A stretch of DNA of 48,628 bases from Halobacteriaceae archaeon. GTDB lineage: Archaea > Halobacteriota > Halobacteria > Halobacteriales > Halobacteriaceae. Positions 46,101 to 48,628 of the stretch are shown here, one piece after another (position 1 is the stretch's first letter; every line of letters begins with the position of its first letter). The stretch is taken from positions 1-48,628 of the forward strand of contig JBDGTS010000021.1 of the NCBI GenBank assembly GCA_042216675.1, read 5' to 3'. A program made the position numbers and the translations under genes. The notes under the pieces were generated by a model. It worked only from the letters and a program-made list of their open reading frames with translations. It did not search any database and was not told where the DNA came from.

Positions 46101-46438
46101 GGCTCGGCCCACTCGCTTGCCTCGCCGTCGCCGTCCCAGACGCGCACGGTCCACCAGTACGTCGCGTCGGCGTCGAGGTCCGGCCCGCCATACGCGACAT
46201 CGGTCGCTCGGTCGCTCTCGACGCGGCCGGTGTCCCACACGTCCGCGCCCCCGTCGCGGAGCGTCCCAACGTCCCGCGCGACTCTGAGCCGGTACGCAGA
46301 CTGTCGGTGCCCCCGGCCGTCTGTCGGGACACGCCACGAGAAGCGCACGTCGTCTTCCGGGACGGCGGCTGGGTCCCGGTCGTAGCCGATACGGAGGTCT
46401 ACAGGCGGGGCTCTCGCCCCGGCCTCGCTTCGTGCCAT
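43178..46438 (-). CDS. GH78 alpha-L-rhamnosidase with an inserted F5/8-type (discoidin-like) domain
   Basis: DFGQNLTGW, PRFTYHGFRY, PTDCPQRAERLGWTGD, GATTMWERW and MNSFNH motifs. The insert contains WVRIDLG and ARYLRV. Confidence 0.93.
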   Translation of the reverse strand: MARSEAGARAPPVDLRIGYDRDPAAVPEDDVRFSWRVPTDGRGHRQSAYRLRVARDVGTLRDGGADVWDTGRVESDRATDVAYGGPDLDADATYWWTVRVWDGDGEASEWAEPARFATALGDAGDWEGAWLAHEPNGGDANGYRSEWTTGPDEQWVRIDLGERRDVAEVTLYPAEPLDGPETPDGFTVSPIHGKSGSRQGGAEGFGFPVEYRVEAATDPEFEDAWTVADRTGDAQPNPGAEPVTLDADGRARYLRVVATEPYEFDPFDPPGRGPQYKPDLVREAYESWHVVALAAVAVRTGDGVDVARGADVTASSSVESASWGRDMLVDGHYESRFGAASPLLRREVALTKPVAEARAHVCTLGCGELYVNGERIGDEVLDPAWTDYDERALYTTHDVTDALGAGENALGIWLGRGRFGQNAGGWTAGGSPRAILQLHVEYEDGTTRTVTTDEGWDAAESPLVENDLYDGEVYDARRERPGWATPGHDATDWDDAARVEGPDGTLVPQRTPPMRRVEERTPEAIHDHEDGPIVDFGQNLTGWVELVVQDGDAGDEIDLRYAEIRLDDGSLNRIDLEPADPTDTYVCAGDDVETYEPRFTYHGFRYVQVDGYPGDLDADDVTARVVHTDMPETGSFDCSNEELAQVQHNAEWSLRGNSHGIPTDCPQRAERLGWTGDGHIAGRALMYNFESVRFHEKWLRDHADQQSEHGYVADTVPFAYGTIPEDRTWALTQVTLPWHLYRHFGDRRVLERHYENMRRYVDYWHDVAEDGIIGEEAGNYGDWLAFENADGRRGLPFDLFNTAFHYHTVSLFADIAGVLGNEGDRERYAERAAAVKAAFNDRFFDPETATYGPGTQSSYAVPLFVGLVPEEHEAAVADGLAEAVRDAGGKLQTGFLGARPLINALADYGHADVAYEVVSQPERPGWVYMVRNGATTMWERWDSDDRIGDGMNSFNHSPFTFVSEWFFSALAGLDFDDSVAEGLTVAPRVVDALDWASASLETVDGEAAVRWETEGDALSLDVTVPWNTSATVRVPDAADATVTEGGDALWDGGAADSLPDGVASVERDGDAVVVEVGAGSYAFERP

Positions 46439-46599
46439 GCGTTATCGCGCGATTCGAGGATCAAAAAGATTCGGGTCTCTCAGGGCCCGACGCCGACTCG
46501 CGACTCTGTAAGGGGATCGCCATCGACGCACTCGCCCGGGTCGGATGCCGTCACAACGAGGACACCGTCGGACTCATTCGGCCACCTCTCGTGAAATTG

Positions 46600-47040
46600 A
46601 CTCGTCGGCCTCGAATGACTGGATGAAACATATATAATCTGGGGTATATTCATATAAATCAGGAATAGTATGTTTTAGACATATTTTTGATATGAATCGG
46701 TATATAGTCACGTAGAGCGCCTCTAAGGCCGGAATAGGCTGTATTTTCCACTCCCTCTCCGTCATTGACTCGTGAAAAGTTGAAGCGGTGAAATACTGGG
46801 ATTAAGGCTCTAGCTAGCGCGGATTTGAGAATAGGGTGATTCGATGGGAGATAGAAACAACAGTTAATTTAGATACCTCTATTTCTGACTTTTCTTCCAC
46901 AGTCGAGTTTCAAAACGGAATTGGGCAAGCGTATCTACTTTTCCGAAGAATTTGGACTATCTAACCCATAAATGGGACATTAGAGGAGGACTACGAACGG
47001 AAATACAATTCAGATGGGGCATTACAAACAACCGAATCGC
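46600..47040. other. AT-rich non-coding tract
   Basis: Visibly far lower GC than the flanks, with no credible protein. Confidence 0.7.
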
Positions 47041-47161
47041 AAAACGCGGAGGTCGTGTCTGGAACTCTCACCGAACGCTCGACCGCGCGGGTCGTCCGCG
47101 CAGTCCGGTTCCGCTCACCGCGAGCGTGGGATACTTTCCCCGGCCGGCGCAATCGGGCGCA

Positions 47162-48259
47162 ATGTCAGCCGACCTGTTCACGCCGCTCACCCTCGGCGAC
47201 GTGGAACTCCCGAACCGCGTGATGGTGTCTCCGATGTGCCAGTACTCCTGTGCGGCCCGCGACGGCCTCGCCACCGACTGGCACCGCCAGCACCTCGGCA
47301 GTCGCGCCGTCGGCGGCGCCGGCGTCGTGATGACCGAGGCCACCGCCGTCGAGGCGCGCGGGCGCATCTCGCCTGAGGACCTCGGCATCTGGAGCGACGC
47401 GCACGCCGACGCCCTCGCCGACGTGACGGCCTTCGCCCGCGAACAGGGCGCAGTCCCGGGCATCCAACTCGCCCACGCCGGCCGGAAGGCGGCCACGTCG
47501 CGCCCGTGGGAGGGTCACGACCCGCTCCAACCCGACGAGGGCGGGTGGCCCGTCGTCGGTCCGACGGCCGAGCCGTGGCCCTACGACGACGAGGCGCCGC
47601 CGACGAGCGCCCTCGACGAGGGCGGACTGGCCACGGTTCGGGACGCTTTCGCCGACGCCGCGCGCCGCGCCGACGACGCCGGGTTCCAAATCGCGGAGGT
47701 TCACGCCGCTCACGGCTACCTCCTCCACGAGTTCCTCTCGCCGGTCACGAACACCCGCGAGGACGCCTACGGCGGTGACTTCGAGTCCCGCGTCCGCTTC
47801 CCGCTGTCGGTCATCGACGCGGTGCGTGACGCGTGGCCCGACGACAAACCACTGTTCGTCCGCATCTCCGCGACGGACTGGCTCCCGGACCGCGACTCGT
47901 GGGACGTCGCGCAGTCGATTCGCTTCGCGGAGCGGGCCGCCGCCCGCGGCGTGGACCTCGTGGACGTGAGCGCGGGCGGCATCCACCCCGACCAGCACGT
48001 GCCCGACACCGGCCCCGGCTACCAGATTCGCTACGGCCGCCGCGTCAAAGCGGGCGTGGACGCCGACGTGGCCGTGGGCGCCGTCGGCGGCATCACGACG
48101 CCCGAGCAAGCCGACGCTCTCGTCCGAAACGAGCGTGCTGACGTGGCTGTCGTCGGCCGCGAGCATCTTCGGGACCCCTACTTCGCGCTCCACGCCGCGC
48201 GCGAACTCGGCCGCGAGGACGCCGTCGAGGCGCCCCCGCAGTACCACCGGGCGTTCTAG
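47162..48259 (+). CDS. NADH:flavin oxidoreductase (Old Yellow Enzyme, YqjM/NamA-like)
   Basis: NRVMVSPMCQYS, QLAHAGRK, HAAHGYLLHEFLSP, YGG and GREHLRDP motifs. Confidence 0.93.
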   Translation: MSADLFTPLTLGDVELPNRVMVSPMCQYSCAARDGLATDWHRQHLGSRAVGGAGVVMTEATAVEARGRISPEDLGIWSDAHADALADVTAFAREQGAVPGIQLAHAGRKAATSRPWEGHDPLQPDEGGWPVVGPTAEPWPYDDEAPPTSALDEGGLATVRDAFADAARRADDAGFQIAEVHAAHGYLLHEFLSPVTNTREDAYGGDFESRVRFPLSVIDAVRDAWPDDKPLFVRISATDWLPDRDSWDVAQSIRFAERAAARGVDLVDVSAGGIHPDQHVPDTGPGYQIRYGRRVKAGVDADVAVGAVGGITTPEQADALVRNERADVAVVGREHLRDPYFALHAARELGREDAVEAPPQYHRAF

Positions 48260-48376
48260 TCGCGTCCAGCCTCCACACTGACCTCTGGCGGATTCAGGCG
48301 GGCCTACTCGACGACTTGCCCCCGGAATTCATCGAACGGGCGGCCCGGCGCGGGGCGGCGGTGAACGAGGACTGAG

Positions 48377-48628
48377 TCAGGCGACGACGAACTGGTACTC
48401 CCCTGCTGTCACGTCGAACGCTACGCCGCCGTCGACTCGGCGCGCGTCGTCGACGCCTGCAGGAAGCGTCGCCGGCGCGCCGTCCCACACCGTGTCACCG
48501 TCGAGACGGATGCTGTCGCCCTCAGCCGCCGGCACGCGGACGGTGGCGGTGGTGTTCCACGGGACGGTGACCGCGAGTTCGAGGCCGTCGTCGGTGCGCT
48601 CCCAGCGCGATTCGACGTCGCCGTGACG
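48377..48628 (-). CDS. C-terminal end of a third GH78 alpha-L-rhamnosidase (truncated by the window edge; absent from the ORF track)
   Basis: Manual translation RHGDVESRWERTDDGLELAVTVPWNTTATVRVP...AGEYQFVVA* matches the C-terminus of 43178-46438 (VTVPWNTSATVRVP). Confidence 0.85.
   Translation of the reverse strand, partial: RHGDVESRWERTDDGLELAVTVPWNTTATVRVPAAEGDSIRLDGDTVWDGAPATLPAGVDDARRVDGGVAFDVTAGEYQFVVA

Noticed and set aside
46896-46920. Replication origin (ORB-like TTCCGTTTTGAAAC on the minus strand, in AT-rich DNA)
   Set aside because: Single imperfect match, no G-string, no paired ORB and no orc/cdc6 gene nearby.
46574-47161. 63-aa ORF at 46574-46765 and the 70-aa N-terminal extension of the OYE ORF
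   Set aside because: Codon usage is unlike the real genes. OYE homology begins at ATG 47162.
1-48628. CRISPR arrays, tRNA/rRNA genes, IS elements and integrases
   Set aside because: No regularly spaced repeats, no recognisable RNA gene and no transposase or recombinase motifs were seen by eye.

Overview
High-GC DNA encoding very acidic proteins, with TATA-like boxes about 27-30 nt upstream of many start codons. These traits point to a haloarchaeon (class Halobacteria). After a few transport and envelope genes (1-5747), almost the whole window is one large carbohydrate-catabolic island. It holds signal-peptide-free glycoside hydrolases (GH42, GH2, a GH137-like propeller, a GH127/146-like cysteine glycosidase, GH29, a divergent GH88 and three GH78), an SGNH esterase, a Dpp/Opp-type ABC importer with a Tat lipoprotein binding protein, and an IclR regulator flanked by GTTC-N9-GAAC boxes. 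Two catabolic modules stand out. (1) A D-apionate pathway: ApnO-like oxidoisomerase, OiaK-like DUF1537 kinase and a form IV RuBisCO-like protein. (2) An unexplained CoA-dependent module: CaiB CoA-transferase, Gfo/Idh/MocA oxidoreductase, acyl-CoA ligase, MaoC dehydratase and a sugar-binding-protein homologue that cannot carry a signal peptide. Together these suggest an archaeal utilisation locus for rhamnogalacturonan-II or other apiose-containing pectin. An rdfA/sph3 paralogue pair sits inside the island. No RNA genes, CRISPR arrays or mobile elements were seen. All family calls come from motif recognition by eye, not from database searches.
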